Positions 29,005 through 38,824 of a stretch of DNA of 64,000 bases are shown in pieces (position 1 is the stretch's first letter; each line of letters opens with the position of its first letter). The notes below the pieces were generated by a model. The model was not told where the DNA came from, ran no database searches, and saw nothing but the letters and a program-made list of their open reading frames with translations. Both the position numbers and the translations under genes were made by a program. The DNA lies in contig CAZSMK010000044.1 of NCBI GenBank assembly GCA_964608095.1, forward strand, positions 1-64,000. The letters run 5' to 3'. The DNA is from an uncultured Candidatus Sumerlaeota bacterium. GTDB taxonomy: Bacteria; Sumerlaeota; Sumerlaeia; MWCT01; JAGHBZ01.

Positions 29005-32000
29005 TCACCAGATTGCTATTTTGAAGGTATTATCGCTATCCTCTTTTACATGGATTTCGCGTTGCCGGATGATTTCACCGGTATCGACCCGAAGGGAATA
29101 TTTGCCGTGAAAACAGCGAAGACTTAGATGGCCATTTTCGTCTGTCCGAAGAGTTTCGCGCATGCTCCACTCGTGATTGATCAATCGTTCGAGCTCGAGG
29201 TACGAGGGTTTGGGATCAAGATTCTTTCTCAACAAGCCCCCGTTGAATTTGGTTTCATGCTCGATTGCGGTACCATCACCCAGGTTCCACCATGTAATCC
29301 CCTTCATCCGTGGCACGCTGAACCAGAGCCGATAATAATTGCGCACCATCTCTTTCTGGAGTTCTTCGCCTTCAGTTTCACTCCCTGGCGTCGGCATGGT
29401 GATTTCCGTTATATACATGGGGAGTTCGAATCGGTCGTATAGGTCGTATACCTGGAGCAGTTGTCGCGGTGAATAGGTATGTCCGCCGAGGATTTCGGCA
29501 ACGGCCTGGTCTGACATGATATGAAACTGGAATCCGATACCGTCGAATGGCACACCTCGCTCGACAAGCCCTTTGATATGCTTGTAGTAGCGGGTTTGAG
29601 TGGGATCCTCTCCATTATACTCATGACATACATGTGGCATTTCGTTGATGAAGAGTTGAGCCGAAGCGGGAAATAATGTGCGCTGTTCTCGAAAGGCCCA
29701 TTCGACATAGGAGCGTTCCTCATCGTACAACGGAAAATCCTTTACGCAATCAATGGGTTCGTTCACCCCGTCCCAGAGGGCGATTTCATGACCATAGCGA
29801 GTGGCGATTTCACGAAACCGCTTGAGAAAAAGTTCCTTCAGGGCTTCAGGGTCTTCGGGGAGCCAGTCGGGATTGTGAGCGTGCCACAGAAGCGGGTGTC
29901 CCTTGGGTACGATATCGTAGTGCTTGCACCAGGCAAGGACACGGTCCGGTGGAGGGCGTCGCCAGATTCTTCTCGACCCTTCTTCATAGCGCAATTCTCC
30001 TTGTACGGGCTCGAGCCCAAGCCAGTAGAAGGGGATGGTTGCGCTATTGAGTATTTTCCGAAACGCTGCTTCGTATTGTGCATTTGCCTCCGGGGTGGCG
30101 AGCTGCCCCAGCACGAATATGTTCGAGCCGAAGAGAAAATCATGGGACGTCTGCTCGATTGAAACCTCGACATTGGTAATCGGTTTAGCATTCGTGTCAA
30201 AGAGGTAAACCGAGACATCGCTTTTGCGATAGCGTTCGATGCCATCAGAGATACGTTTTTCGAGTTCGGGATCAGCCCAGATATCCTTGAATGTTTTGCT
30301 CACGCGGGTGTTCTGCCAGATACTGGGGGCGCGGAAAAAATTCACCTCGAGGGCATCCAGCCGCAAGCCATGCGCTTTGAGGCGTTTGATGAAGTCATCT
30401 GTTTCGCGAATCTCCTTTGGCGACCAGCCTACTTCCGCCGTAGCGAGTAAGCGGGGGAAGGTATGGTATTCGATTTCATGGGTGGGCATCATGATACCAT
30501 GGCTTTCATAATAGCGACGCGATACATTACCAAGCCACTGGCAGCACTCGACTCCAAGGATGTGTGAAGCCTGTTCCGGGGTGAGCTCTACGCCTACGGG
30601 TTCCAGCGAATAAGCCTTGCTTGCCGAGGTGGCACTGTAATCGTAGTCGAAATAACAATGAGAATGCGGCGACATGATGACGTCATATCCCTTTTGGGCT
30701 GCCTCGATTCCGTACTCGATTTTCCGGTAAGGCTGGATTATGGTTGATGAGGGCACCCCTGCTTCGAAATTGTCGTCCCACCCGATGAGACGTCGTCCTT
30801 TGTCCCTCACAAAGGCTTCGACGCGACGGATAAAATAGCTGTGAAGATCATCGGCGGTCGCCAGCCCTTCCTCCTTAATACGTTGCTGGCATTTTGGACA
30901 CGCTTGCCAACGGTCTTTGGGACATTCGTCGCCGCCGATATGAATCCATGGCGATGGAAAAAGCGTCATGACCTCGAAAAGGACGCCTTCAATAAAGGCA
31001 AAGGTCTTCTCATTCCCCGCGCAGTACACGTCCTTATATATCCAGGTGTTTCCGAGTTCCGTCGGTATTTCGCCCGTGCAGGAAAGTTCGGGATACGCCA
31101 TCAATGCGGAAAGGCAGTGACCGGGCATCTCGATTTCTGGGACCACTACAACGTGACGTGCTTCTGCATACGCCACAATCTCACGTATGTCATTCTGGCT
31201 GTAAAACCCGCCATACCTCTCTCCCGATTCGGTCGATTCCGTGGAATCGAGGGATTCCACGGAATCGGTCGGCATATAGTTCAAACGCGCATTTATGTTG
31301 GGACGGAATGCACCTACCCTGGTTAATTTCGGGTACGCCTTGATCTCGAGACGCCATCCCTGGTCGTCGACCAGATGCCAGTGGAGCCTGTTCATCTTGT
31401 AAAGGGATATCAAGTCGATTATGCGCTTGATATATTCCTTATCCTGAAAGTGGCGAGCGCTATCCAGCATATAGCCTCGCCAAGAAAACCGGGGTTTATC
31501 CTGAATTTCAACACAGGGGATAATCCACGAAACTCCCGGTGACTGGACGCGCAACTCTATCTCATGGGGCAGCAGCTGGCGGAGCGTTTGACAGGCATAG
31601 AATATACCTGCTTCGGTTTTTGCTGTAATATCAATCCTCTCAGGGGTGACGTGTAAAGAATAGCCTTCATCGCCGAGCGTAGCATCGGATTCGTCGATAC
31701 GGAACACAACGGCATTCTCGACCTTCATACCGACCTTGAACTCATGCACGATAAGGGGGAATTGTGTCGCCTTCCTCACCCGTCCCAGGAACAATTCAGC
31801 GCCGTCCCCGGCATCACCGATTACGAGAATGACCGTTTCGTGATTAAAAAGGAACTCCCCCTCATACACCTTAACCGAAACCGGCTTCGGGATGATGCAA
31901 ATCTCGGATTTACTCTCGGAAAGAGGCTCGGCATGGCTCGATAAGGTCATAATACACATGATGCTAAGCACAAGAAAAACCTGCAAGAATGGGCAATTAA

Positions 32001-32025
32001 ATGACTGAAAAAATTTTTGAAACAT
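29005..32025 (-). CDS. Bifunctional GH20 beta-N-acetylhexosaminidase fused to a C-terminal GH10 (xylanase-like) domain.
   Basis: GH20: RHVVVVPEIEMPGH and WIHIGGDECP (H-x-G-G-D-E). GH10: FLFGSNIF, KGHPLLWHAHNPDWL, WDGVNEP (acid/base), QLFINEM, FDGIGFQFH and YITEITMP (nucleophile). Start trimmed to the AAGGA-supported ATG 32025 (MFQKFFQSF... signal peptide). Confidence 0.85.
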   Translation of the reverse strand: MFQKFFQSFNCPFLQVFLVLSIMCIMTLSSHAEPLSESKSEICIIPKPVSVKVYEGEFLFNHETVILVIGDAGDGAELFLGRVRKATQFPLIVHEFKVGMKVENAVVFRIDESDATLGDEGYSLHVTPERIDITAKTEAGIFYACQTLRQLLPHEIELRVQSPGVSWIIPCVEIQDKPRFSWRGYMLDSARHFQDKEYIKRIIDLISLYKMNRLHWHLVDDQGWRLEIKAYPKLTRVGAFRPNINARLNYMPTDSVESLDSTESTESGERYGGFYSQNDIREIVAYAEARHVVVVPEIEMPGHCLSALMAYPELSCTGEIPTELGNTWIYKDVYCAGNEKTFAFIEGVLFEVMTLFPSPWIHIGGDECPKDRWQACPKCQQRIKEEGLATADDLHSYFIRRVEAFVRDKGRRLIGWDDNFEAGVPSSTIIQPYRKIEYGIEAAQKGYDVIMSPHSHCYFDYDYSATSASKAYSLEPVGVELTPEQASHILGVECCQWLGNVSRRYYESHGIMMPTHEIEYHTFPRLLATAEVGWSPKEIRETDDFIKRLKAHGLRLDALEVNFFRAPSIWQNTRVSKTFKDIWADPELEKRISDGIERYRKSDVSVYLFDTNAKPITNVEVSIEQTSHDFLFGSNIFVLGQLATPEANAQYEAAFRKILNSATIPFYWLGLEPVQGELRYEEGSRRIWRRPPPDRVLAWCKHYDIVPKGHPLLWHAHNPDWLPEDPEALKELFLKRFREIATRYGHEIALWDGVNEPIDCVKDFPLYDEERSYVEWAFREQRTLFPASAQLFINEMPHVCHEYNGEDPTQTRYYKHIKGLVERGVPFDGIGFQFHIMSDQAVAEILGGHTYSPRQLLQVYDLYDRFELPMYITEITMPTPGSETEGEELQKEMVRNYYRLWFSVPRMKGITWWNLGDGTAIEHETKFNGGLLRKNLDPKPSYLELERLINHEWSMRETLRTDENGHLSLRCFHGKYSLRVDTGEIIRQREIHVKEDSDNTFKIAIW

Positions 32026-32239
32026 TTCTGTGTCCTTTTCATTTGTCTTTGTTTCTCGATATGGGCGCAACTATACTAAGAGAAATAACCGTGAGCAAGG
32101 GTAATTGCCCCTTGACATAGCCAAAGAATATACACAAAAGATTGCATGTTCAGTGTTTTCGGGTATGTGCCTGCGAAAAATGGATTCAGGGTCCATATCG
32201 CGCCCAAGAGTTAAGCGCAAATAGAAAGGGAGTAAATCT

Positions 32240-34354
32240 ATGCCGGAATCGAAAAATCAGGCGAGCAATTTTCGAGTCGTCCGGGATGACAATTCCATCT
32301 CGATTCAATCAGGATTGTTGTCGTTGAAATTTGGTGTAACAAACAGGGTTACCTTCGAGGATCTCTCGTTTAAGGGCAAGAGAAACTGGTTATCCGATTT
32401 CAGTGATATTGGATTGTTATGGAAGATTCATTTCAAAGGGCCTTATGGAACAGCGCCTGTGTATTCAAACAACGAGGCTGATTTTCAGAAAGCCTTTATC
32501 TCCAAAGATGACGCAGATGTGAAAGAAATTACATTTGTCTGGACCGCCAAAGCAACACACGATATGCATCCAGAAGTCGTCATCAGGGTAAGGTGCAAAA
32601 AAGGTAAATCACTCTCCTTCTGGTCGCTCGAGGTATCATTGCCCAGGGGATGGAAAATCAGACGCGCCGACTTTCCCTATCTCTCAAACTTTGCGGTCAT
32701 GCAGCACATGAAGGTGGTTGTTCCTACCGGATGGGGAAATGAGTATGGGTTCAAACCATGCTTCAAGTATGAAGGACCCTATCCGTCATGGTTAACAAGC
32801 ATGCAAATGGTCGCCTTCTATGACGATAAACATGCAAATGGATTATACTTTGCCTCACATGATCCTCGAGCGAATCTTAAGGAATTTTATATCGAAGCCA
32901 GAGGGAATACCGCTGAAGTAGCACAATTCCATATTCCATCCATCCCTGATAATGACGTTGATTCTTTCGCACTGGACTATGAGGTGGTACTAGGGGTATT
33001 CGAAGGCGGTTACTACGAGGCGGGGCAACTTTACAGGGATTTTGCCTTGAGAACAAAATGGGTGGACGAAACAAAAAAGAAGTCACCACCTGCCTGGTTG
33101 AAGGAGACGGAATTATGGCTCAGACCGGACGGCGGAGTTGAAAAAAATCTCGAAGTTACAAAGGAAGCCCTCAAATTCTTTGACGTTAAAACAGCGCTCC
33201 ATTGGTACAGGTGGCATGAGATACCTTACGATACGCATTATCCCGAATACTTACCGGCGCTGCCGGGAATTGCAGAGGCTATCAGAGAGTTGCAGGAGAT
33301 GGGTACGCATGTGGCGCTTTATATAAATGGCAGATTGTGGGACCCCGCCTCTGAAAGCTGGATGTCGGAAAAAGCGTATGAGCATGCGGCACGCTCGGAA
33401 AACAGCGAGTGCTACAGCGAGATTTATGGTTCCCTGATACCCAACAATGTCATGTGCCCATATACCAACTTCTGGCAGGAAAAAATAGCCGGGATAGCCG
33501 AGCGTCTGGAAGAGGCGCTTGGGATTCATGGCGTGTATATCGATCAAGTAGCGGCGGGGGAGGGGGGGCAGGGGTATAACCCCGCTCACGGGCATCCTGT
33601 CGGCGGCGGCGAGTTCTGGCGCGTCGGGTACGAGGCTCTATTGGCGAAAACAAGGAAGAAGTTGTCTAACAATACCATCCTGCTGACAGAAGAAAACGCA
33701 GAATGCTGGCTGAATCTCTTTGACGCCCACCTTATGGTAAATACACAAGTTGATGGAAAAGTTGTGCCCTTGTTCTTATCTGTTTATTCCGGCAAAACAA
33801 TCCTGATATGCACATTGTATTACGCGTCCGATGAACCGCGGAATTCGTTGTCGTTCAGGATAAAGAACGCCCTTGCCTTTTTATGGGGAGCGCAACCCGG
33901 CTGGATTCAACCGTATAGGATAATGGCGCCTGACGTGCGAAAGGAGGCTGAATTTCTCAAGGATTTAGTCCGAACAAGGCGATTTGCACATCCTTTTATT
34001 GATGCCGGTAAATTCCTTGATATGCTTCCCGTTGGCGGGAATAATCCTGTAGTACACGGCGTTATGAAAGGACCCTTTTTCGGTCAGTATGATATAAAAG
34101 TGCCCGCTGTTTCGGCTTCAGCATGGCTCTCGCCCGATAATAAAATAGGGGTGTTATCGACCAATATATCCGATCAGGCTCACGAGGTAAAAATTGTCCT
34201 TCCTTTTGAAAAAGCCGCCCTGGCGGTTGATAAAAAGTTCAAAATTACCTTCTACAATAACAGCGGATTGGTAGATACAAAAAAATATGCCGACAAATGT
34301 GTAACCTTTACTCTACCCGAGCGAAGTGCGATGATTCTGGACATTGATATGTGA
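32240..34354 (+). CDS. Hypothetical glycoside-hydrolase-like protein, family not assigned (N-terminal beta-sandwich plus TIM-barrel-like region).
   Basis: RBS AAGGGAG. 704-aa ORF with consistent codon usage. No motif I can place with confidence. Confidence 0.65.
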   Translation: MPESKNQASNFRVVRDDNSISIQSGLLSLKFGVTNRVTFEDLSFKGKRNWLSDFSDIGLLWKIHFKGPYGTAPVYSNNEADFQKAFISKDDADVKEITFVWTAKATHDMHPEVVIRVRCKKGKSLSFWSLEVSLPRGWKIRRADFPYLSNFAVMQHMKVVVPTGWGNEYGFKPCFKYEGPYPSWLTSMQMVAFYDDKHANGLYFASHDPRANLKEFYIEARGNTAEVAQFHIPSIPDNDVDSFALDYEVVLGVFEGGYYEAGQLYRDFALRTKWVDETKKKSPPAWLKETELWLRPDGGVEKNLEVTKEALKFFDVKTALHWYRWHEIPYDTHYPEYLPALPGIAEAIRELQEMGTHVALYINGRLWDPASESWMSEKAYEHAARSENSECYSEIYGSLIPNNVMCPYTNFWQEKIAGIAERLEEALGIHGVYIDQVAAGEGGQGYNPAHGHPVGGGEFWRVGYEALLAKTRKKLSNNTILLTEENAECWLNLFDAHLMVNTQVDGKVVPLFLSVYSGKTILICTLYYASDEPRNSLSFRIKNALAFLWGAQPGWIQPYRIMAPDVRKEAEFLKDLVRTRRFAHPFIDAGKFLDMLPVGGNNPVVHGVMKGPFFGQYDIKVPAVSASAWLSPDNKIGVLSTNISDQAHEVKIVLPFEKAALAVDKKFKITFYNNSGLVDTKKYADKCVTFTLPERSAMILDIDM

Positions 34355-34403
34355 TATGGTTCTTTAATCTTCAGAAATATCTAAAAGTGTAAGGAGACTG
34401 GAA

Positions 34404-36431
34404 ATGAGAACCCCAATTGCGTGTGCATTACTGCTATTCGCAGTGCACCTCAATGCAGACATATTAATTGTGGCGCATCGCGGTGCGTCGGATTATGCGC
34501 CCGAAAACACACTACCCGCATTCGAACTTGCCTGGAAGCAGGGAGCGGATGCAGTCGAGGGCGACTTCTATCTCACTAAGGACGGACAGATCGTCTGCAT
34601 CCATGACTCGAGCACCCAAAGAGTGTCGGAAGTAACAAAAATTGTCAAAGATTCCACCCTGAGCGAATTGCACACAATAGATGTCGGCTCATGGTTCGAT
34701 AAATCCTTTCAAGGCACCCGAATTCCAACACTCGCGGAAGTTCTGGCTACTGTACCCAAAGGGAAAAAGATTTATATAGAGGTAAAATGCGGTCCTGAAA
34801 TACTGCCGCAAATGTTCAAGGAACTGGCACGCTCGACCCTGGAGCGAGACCAGATCGTCGTCATCTCGTTCAACGAAGACGTAATACGCGAACTCAAAAA
34901 AAAGGATCCAGGCATCAAGGCATATTGGCTGAAAAGTTTTACAAGAGATAGTGCAACGGGAGAGTTGAACCCAACTTTAAACAGCGCATTGGAAATTCTA
35001 AAAACAATTAAAGCCGATGGTATAAGTACGAGTTATCCCGAAATTGATGAAAAGTTTATCAGGGAAGTCGAGAAGGCTGGTTTTGAATATCATGTTTGGA
35101 CTGTAGATCACGTGGAAACTGCGAGAGAATTCAAGCAATGGGGCGCACGATCAATAACCACCAATATCCCGAAGTACATGGTTAACTATCTGGATAAGCC
35201 GATGCCACCCATAGAGGCTAAATCCGATGAACCGGCATATTCGCCGTACGCTCGCATGCCCTTGAGGGAGCGCATAATCGAGACAAAAGCCCGCCGCGGA
35301 CCACATTACTCGAGCCGGCTCAATCTCTTCATGACATCAGACTATCAAAAAGGCGGGATTGTTTTTATCGGCGACTCTATAACCGAAGGGTTCCCCCTTA
35401 ACGAATCTATCAAAGATAAAAATGTTATCAATTGTGGAATCAGCGGCGATCGAATAAAAGGGATAGCCGAACGACTTGATGTGTGTGTCAAAGACCTCGA
35501 ACCAAAAGAAGTATATGTGATGATTGGCGTAAACGATATCCTTCAAGAGAATCGCGAATCCATAGAAGAACTCGGCGAGAGGTATAAAAGACTCATCCGT
35601 GACCTTAAACGCACGGCTCCCGATGCTAAGATAACATTCTTCTCGATTCTTCCGATGCGGGGTTCTTATGCGACAAGAAATCACCTTGTTCACAAGCTTA
35701 ATGCCGTCATCAAGGAGATAGTCGAAAAAGAGGGATTACGATATTTTGATCTGCATCCTTATTTTGCGAACGACAAAAAGGAACTGTATGCATATCTCAC
35801 AACCGACGGTTTGCACCTGAGTCCCGATGGTTATCTCGTCTGGTTGAAAGCGATACTCGACAAGGATGAGTTTATAGAAGCGGCTATCAATTTCTCGGGA
35901 TATTGGCTCACGAAATATGGTGGTTCTTTTCGGGTGGCGAAAATCGATCCGCCCGCAAACGGCGCCTACCCCGGCAGCCGCGGTCCCAACGAACTGGTTA
36001 TATACACTCCTGCGTACGAAAAATCCTCGACCAACACCAACACATGGGGAACCGAGGTCATTGTGAGAAACAGCAAGGTCGAAAAGCGAACACATTTCGA
36101 CACGCCCATCCCTTCAGATGGCTTCGTGGTTTCAGGACACGGCTCCGCCTCACAATGGATAGAAAAATACCTTGACCCGGGTGTTTCGGTCGAATACGAC
36201 CAGAACGCAATTTACATCAAGGATATTCCCGAGTCGCAGATGACGCCGGAACAACGATTATGGTATTTAAAAAAGTGTATATTCCGCGTGCTGCATTCCA
36301 TGAAGAAACCAGGTGCAGATGAAAAGACAAAGAATACGGCGTTAAAACTTCTCGAAAAAATCCAGCGTATCCAGGCTGATGAGAAACTATCGGGGTCAGA
36401 CCTCGATTCCGAGCTTCTCCTCTTTGAGTAG
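34404..36431 (+). CDS. Glycerophosphodiester phosphodiesterase (GDPD) domain fused to an SGNH/GDSL hydrolase domain and a C-terminal region of unknown function.
   Basis: RBS AAGGAGA. GDPD: ILIVAHRGASDYAPENTLPAFELAWKQGADAVEGDFYLTKDGQIVCIHD. SGNH: GGIVFIGDSITEGF ... DGLHLS. The last 16 codons (EKLSGSDLDSELLLFE-stop) are supplied by a REP-like element. Confidence 0.8.
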   Translation: MRTPIACALLLFAVHLNADILIVAHRGASDYAPENTLPAFELAWKQGADAVEGDFYLTKDGQIVCIHDSSTQRVSEVTKIVKDSTLSELHTIDVGSWFDKSFQGTRIPTLAEVLATVPKGKKIYIEVKCGPEILPQMFKELARSTLERDQIVVISFNEDVIRELKKKDPGIKAYWLKSFTRDSATGELNPTLNSALEILKTIKADGISTSYPEIDEKFIREVEKAGFEYHVWTVDHVETAREFKQWGARSITTNIPKYMVNYLDKPMPPIEAKSDEPAYSPYARMPLRERIIETKARRGPHYSSRLNLFMTSDYQKGGIVFIGDSITEGFPLNESIKDKNVINCGISGDRIKGIAERLDVCVKDLEPKEVYVMIGVNDILQENRESIEELGERYKRLIRDLKRTAPDAKITFFSILPMRGSYATRNHLVHKLNAVIKEIVEKEGLRYFDLHPYFANDKKELYAYLTTDGLHLSPDGYLVWLKAILDKDEFIEAAINFSGYWLTKYGGSFRVAKIDPPANGAYPGSRGPNELVIYTPAYEKSSTNTNTWGTEVIVRNSKVEKRTHFDTPIPSDGFVVSGHGSASQWIEKYLDPGVSVEYDQNAIYIKDIPESQMTPEQRLWYLKKCIFRVLHSMKKPGADEKTKNTALKLLEKIQRIQADEKLSGSDLDSELLLFE

Positions 36432-36487
36432 CCGGAAACTATCGGGGTCAGACCTCGATTCCGAGCTTCTCTTTTTCGAGCAGCCGT
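36384..36487 (+). repeat. Two abutting 52-bp copies (4 mismatches) of a REP-like hairpin element overlapping the stop codon of the GDPD-SGNH gene.
   Basis: AAACTATCGGGGTCAGACCTCGATTCCGAGCTTCTC(C/T)T(C/T)TTT(G/C)GAG(T/C)AGCCG occurs twice. The core ATCGGGG-TCAGA-CCTCGAT is a 7-bp hairpin. Confidence 0.75.
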
Positions 36488-36492
36488 TTCTT

Positions 36493-36767
36493 TTAACGCT
36501 CAAGCTGTGGATCATCTTCTTTTACACTTCGACTATGTCTTGTCACTGTACTATCGCTATTTATTCCGAATCGCAGGGCAATCTGTCGACAAGAATTTCC
36601 AGTAAGTTTGCGACAAAGATACATCGCTACTGAGCGAGGATGAGATTGCTTTCCGCGTGATGAGTGCTCAATCGAATCAATCGTAATCTTACATTCAGCG
36701 GGAACAACCTTTTTAATATCATCTATAACTAAAGGACTTGGTGAGATTGGAATCACCAGTAATATCA
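36493..36767 (-). other. Orphan ORF fragment encoding a DnaA domain-IV (Bac_DnaA_C)-like helix-turn-helix, with no ATG start.
   Basis: Translation IKKVVPAECKITIDSIEHSSRGKQSHPRSVAMYLCRKLTGNSCRQIALRFGINSDSTVTRHSRSVKE is collinear with DnaA [67 protein letters not shown]. The frame opens right after a stop and has only TTG/GTG candidate starts. Confidence 0.45.
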
Positions 36768-38782
36768 ACTAGCTCGGAATCAAGGTCTGACCCCGATAGT
36801 TTTACCAACCTGCATCCATCGTAAAAAGGAACCGGCAGGGCAATGGATTTTTCGAAAACGCCCAGATCCTTTTGACGCCATAAGTCCCTGACAAGGCGCT
36901 TTCCTTTTATGCCGAGTTTTTCCCAATTCAAGGTGTAGATAACTTCCTCCGGACAGTCCTCAATTGTGAATTTGTCGCCGTGAATGGCGAAAATACCTAC
37001 TGCAATCGAGCCGTCGTGGAGTTCTTTTAACCATACCTCACACACATCACTCTTTGCTATGCGGTCTGCCTGCTTTCCCAACCTGTCCTGGTTCACTGCG
37101 ATGACTTCGTCGTTGGTCAGCATCGACAATGTCAGGTCATCGATTTTTGTCAGGTCGCAGCCGAGGAGCAGTGGTGCAGAAAGGAGTGCCCATTGAGTTA
37201 TGTGGGTATACTGCTGGTTAATGGTGAGGGACGTATACCGCATGTTTTCCCCCCAGCCGATATAGCCGACAACGAGCATATCCGGATCATTCCAGTGTCC
37301 GGGTTTTGCATATTTGCTCAAGCCGGCGCTTCTGGTAAATCCAATTTCCTTCACCCATTCCCATTCGTCGTTGATATCACCTGTTATTCTCCAGAGGTTG
37401 CCGCCTGCTTTTTCACCCCATTCCCAGGGACTGTATAACCCCCAGTTGCAGATACTGTAAACCATGTCTCTCTTTGAGGCCTTTTTAATGGCGTCGCCGA
37501 ATCGTGCGTACGCATCGAAGGGATTATTTCCCCCGAGCCAGTCGACCTTTACATAGTCAGCACCCCAGTCGCTATACGTCGTAACGTCTTTCTCATAAAA
37601 ACCGAGACTGCCGGGTCGTAATTGGCATGTCTTCGAGGCTATACTTGTATAAAGGCCGAATTTCAGACCCTTGCTGTGAACATAATCGGCAAGACCTTTC
37701 ATGTCCGGGAAATTTGGGTCACAGATTATTTCGCCGGTCTCCTTGTCCCTGTCAATCTGCCAGCAATCGTCGATATTGATGTAACTCCAGCCATGATTAA
37801 TAAGTCCGAGACTTACAAACGCGTCAGCCGCAGCCCGGATTTTGGCATCGTCAACTTTGGCGCCCCATACATTCCAGCTGTTCCATCCCATTGGCGGAGT
37901 GAGCGCAAGAGTAGGACCTATGGCAAATTCGATGTCGCGTTCTGCTTTTCCGAGTTCGTTTTCTGCCTGTATTCTCAGGATGTATGAACCTTCATTTTGT
38001 ATTCTTCCCGTAATTATACCGCTATCGGGATCAAGAACCAATCCTTCAGGGAGATTCCGGACAGAGAATTTTATGGGTCGCCGTCCTGTTGTGGGAATGT
38101 AATACAGTATGTCCCTGCCAAGACCCGCTCCGATTATTGCGGGACCATTAATTTTTGGGGTATCTGGTAAGGCGGGATAGAGGCGTGTATCGTTTTCCGG
38201 CTTTCTGCCACTAAAAACAGGCTTATTCCGGGCATCTTCCTTCATTATGATTTTTGCGTCGGCCCAATCCGCGTGATCATAGCGGTTCCTATCACCACCA
38301 ACATTTGAATAGAGAATAAGGAATCGGACACCCGTAATGTCGAGATCGATAAACTTTGCAGGCGTTTTTTCCTTCATCACACCGCTGTCATAGATTTTTT
38401 TACCGTCGGCATACACTTCGAAATTTATCGTGCTTGTATCGGTGTTGACTTCATCGTCGACACCCACCCAGGCATGGAATCGTAGCGCTTCGCCGAACAG
38501 GTCAATCTTCATCTTGCCCCGGACATGCGTACCAATCCCGCGCTCAAAGACCTTTCCGGCTATTGTAATGGGGTTCCCGATGCAGGATTTGTTGGCTTTT
38601 GCCGTTCCCCATTCCTGCATAACGGTGTATCTATTGATATCGAGCGTATCAAGCCAGACAACGGTTTCATCGGTCAACTCATTGATCTCTGCAGCAACGG
38701 CTTCTTTTGCGTTGCTTGAAAAGTAAAGTGCACACAGAGCAATTAGAGAAGTTACAATAATGGACGATTTAGCAGGCTTCAT
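36719..38782 (-). CDS. Secreted GH27 alpha-galactosidase / alpha-N-acetylgalactosaminidase-like enzyme with N-terminal NPCBM domain.
   Basis: RBS GGAGG. Signal peptide. NPCBM: MQEWGTAKANKSCIGNPITIAGKVFERGIGTH. GH27: PPMGWNSWNVWGAKVDD...GWSYINIDDCWQ. Confidence 0.85.
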   Translation of the reverse strand: MKPAKSSIIVTSLIALCALYFSSNAKEAVAAEINELTDETVVWLDTLDINRYTVMQEWGTAKANKSCIGNPITIAGKVFERGIGTHVRGKMKIDLFGEALRFHAWVGVDDEVNTDTSTINFEVYADGKKIYDSGVMKEKTPAKFIDLDITGVRFLILYSNVGGDRNRYDHADWADAKIIMKEDARNKPVFSGRKPENDTRLYPALPDTPKINGPAIIGAGLGRDILYYIPTTGRRPIKFSVRNLPEGLVLDPDSGIITGRIQNEGSYILRIQAENELGKAERDIEFAIGPTLALTPPMGWNSWNVWGAKVDDAKIRAAADAFVSLGLINHGWSYINIDDCWQIDRDKETGEIICDPNFPDMKGLADYVHSKGLKFGLYTSIASKTCQLRPGSLGFYEKDVTTYSDWGADYVKVDWLGGNNPFDAYARFGDAIKKASKRDMVYSICNWGLYSPWEWGEKAGGNLWRITGDINDEWEWVKEIGFTRSAGLSKYAKPGHWNDPDMLVVGYIGWGENMRYTSLTINQQYTHITQWALLSAPLLLGCDLTKIDDLTLSMLTNDEVIAVNQDRLGKQADRIAKSDVCEVWLKELHDGSIAVGIFAIHGDKFTIEDCPEEVIYTLNWEKLGIKGKRLVRDLWRQKDLGVFEKSIALPVPFYDGCRLVKLSGSDLDSELVDITGDSNLTKSFSYR
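36771..36802 (-). repeat. REP-like element copy (reverse orientation) inside the last 17 codons of the GH27 gene.
   Basis: GCTCGGAATCAAGGTCTGACCCCGATAGTTTT is the reverse complement of AAAACTATCGGGGTCAGACCTTGATTCCGAGC. It encodes KLSGSDLDSEL, the same peptide as in the 34404 gene. Confidence 0.7.
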
Positions 38783-38824
38783 AATAGCAATGCCTCCTCG
38801 ATTTTCTCGGCAATTGAAATAGGA

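Noticed and set aside
36384-36487. Two 52-bp direct repeats, considered as a possible CRISPR array.
   Set aside because: There are only two units, they abut with no spacer, and no cas genes are nearby. Copies of the same element occur singly and inverted elsewhere. I interpret it as a REP-like tandem duplication.
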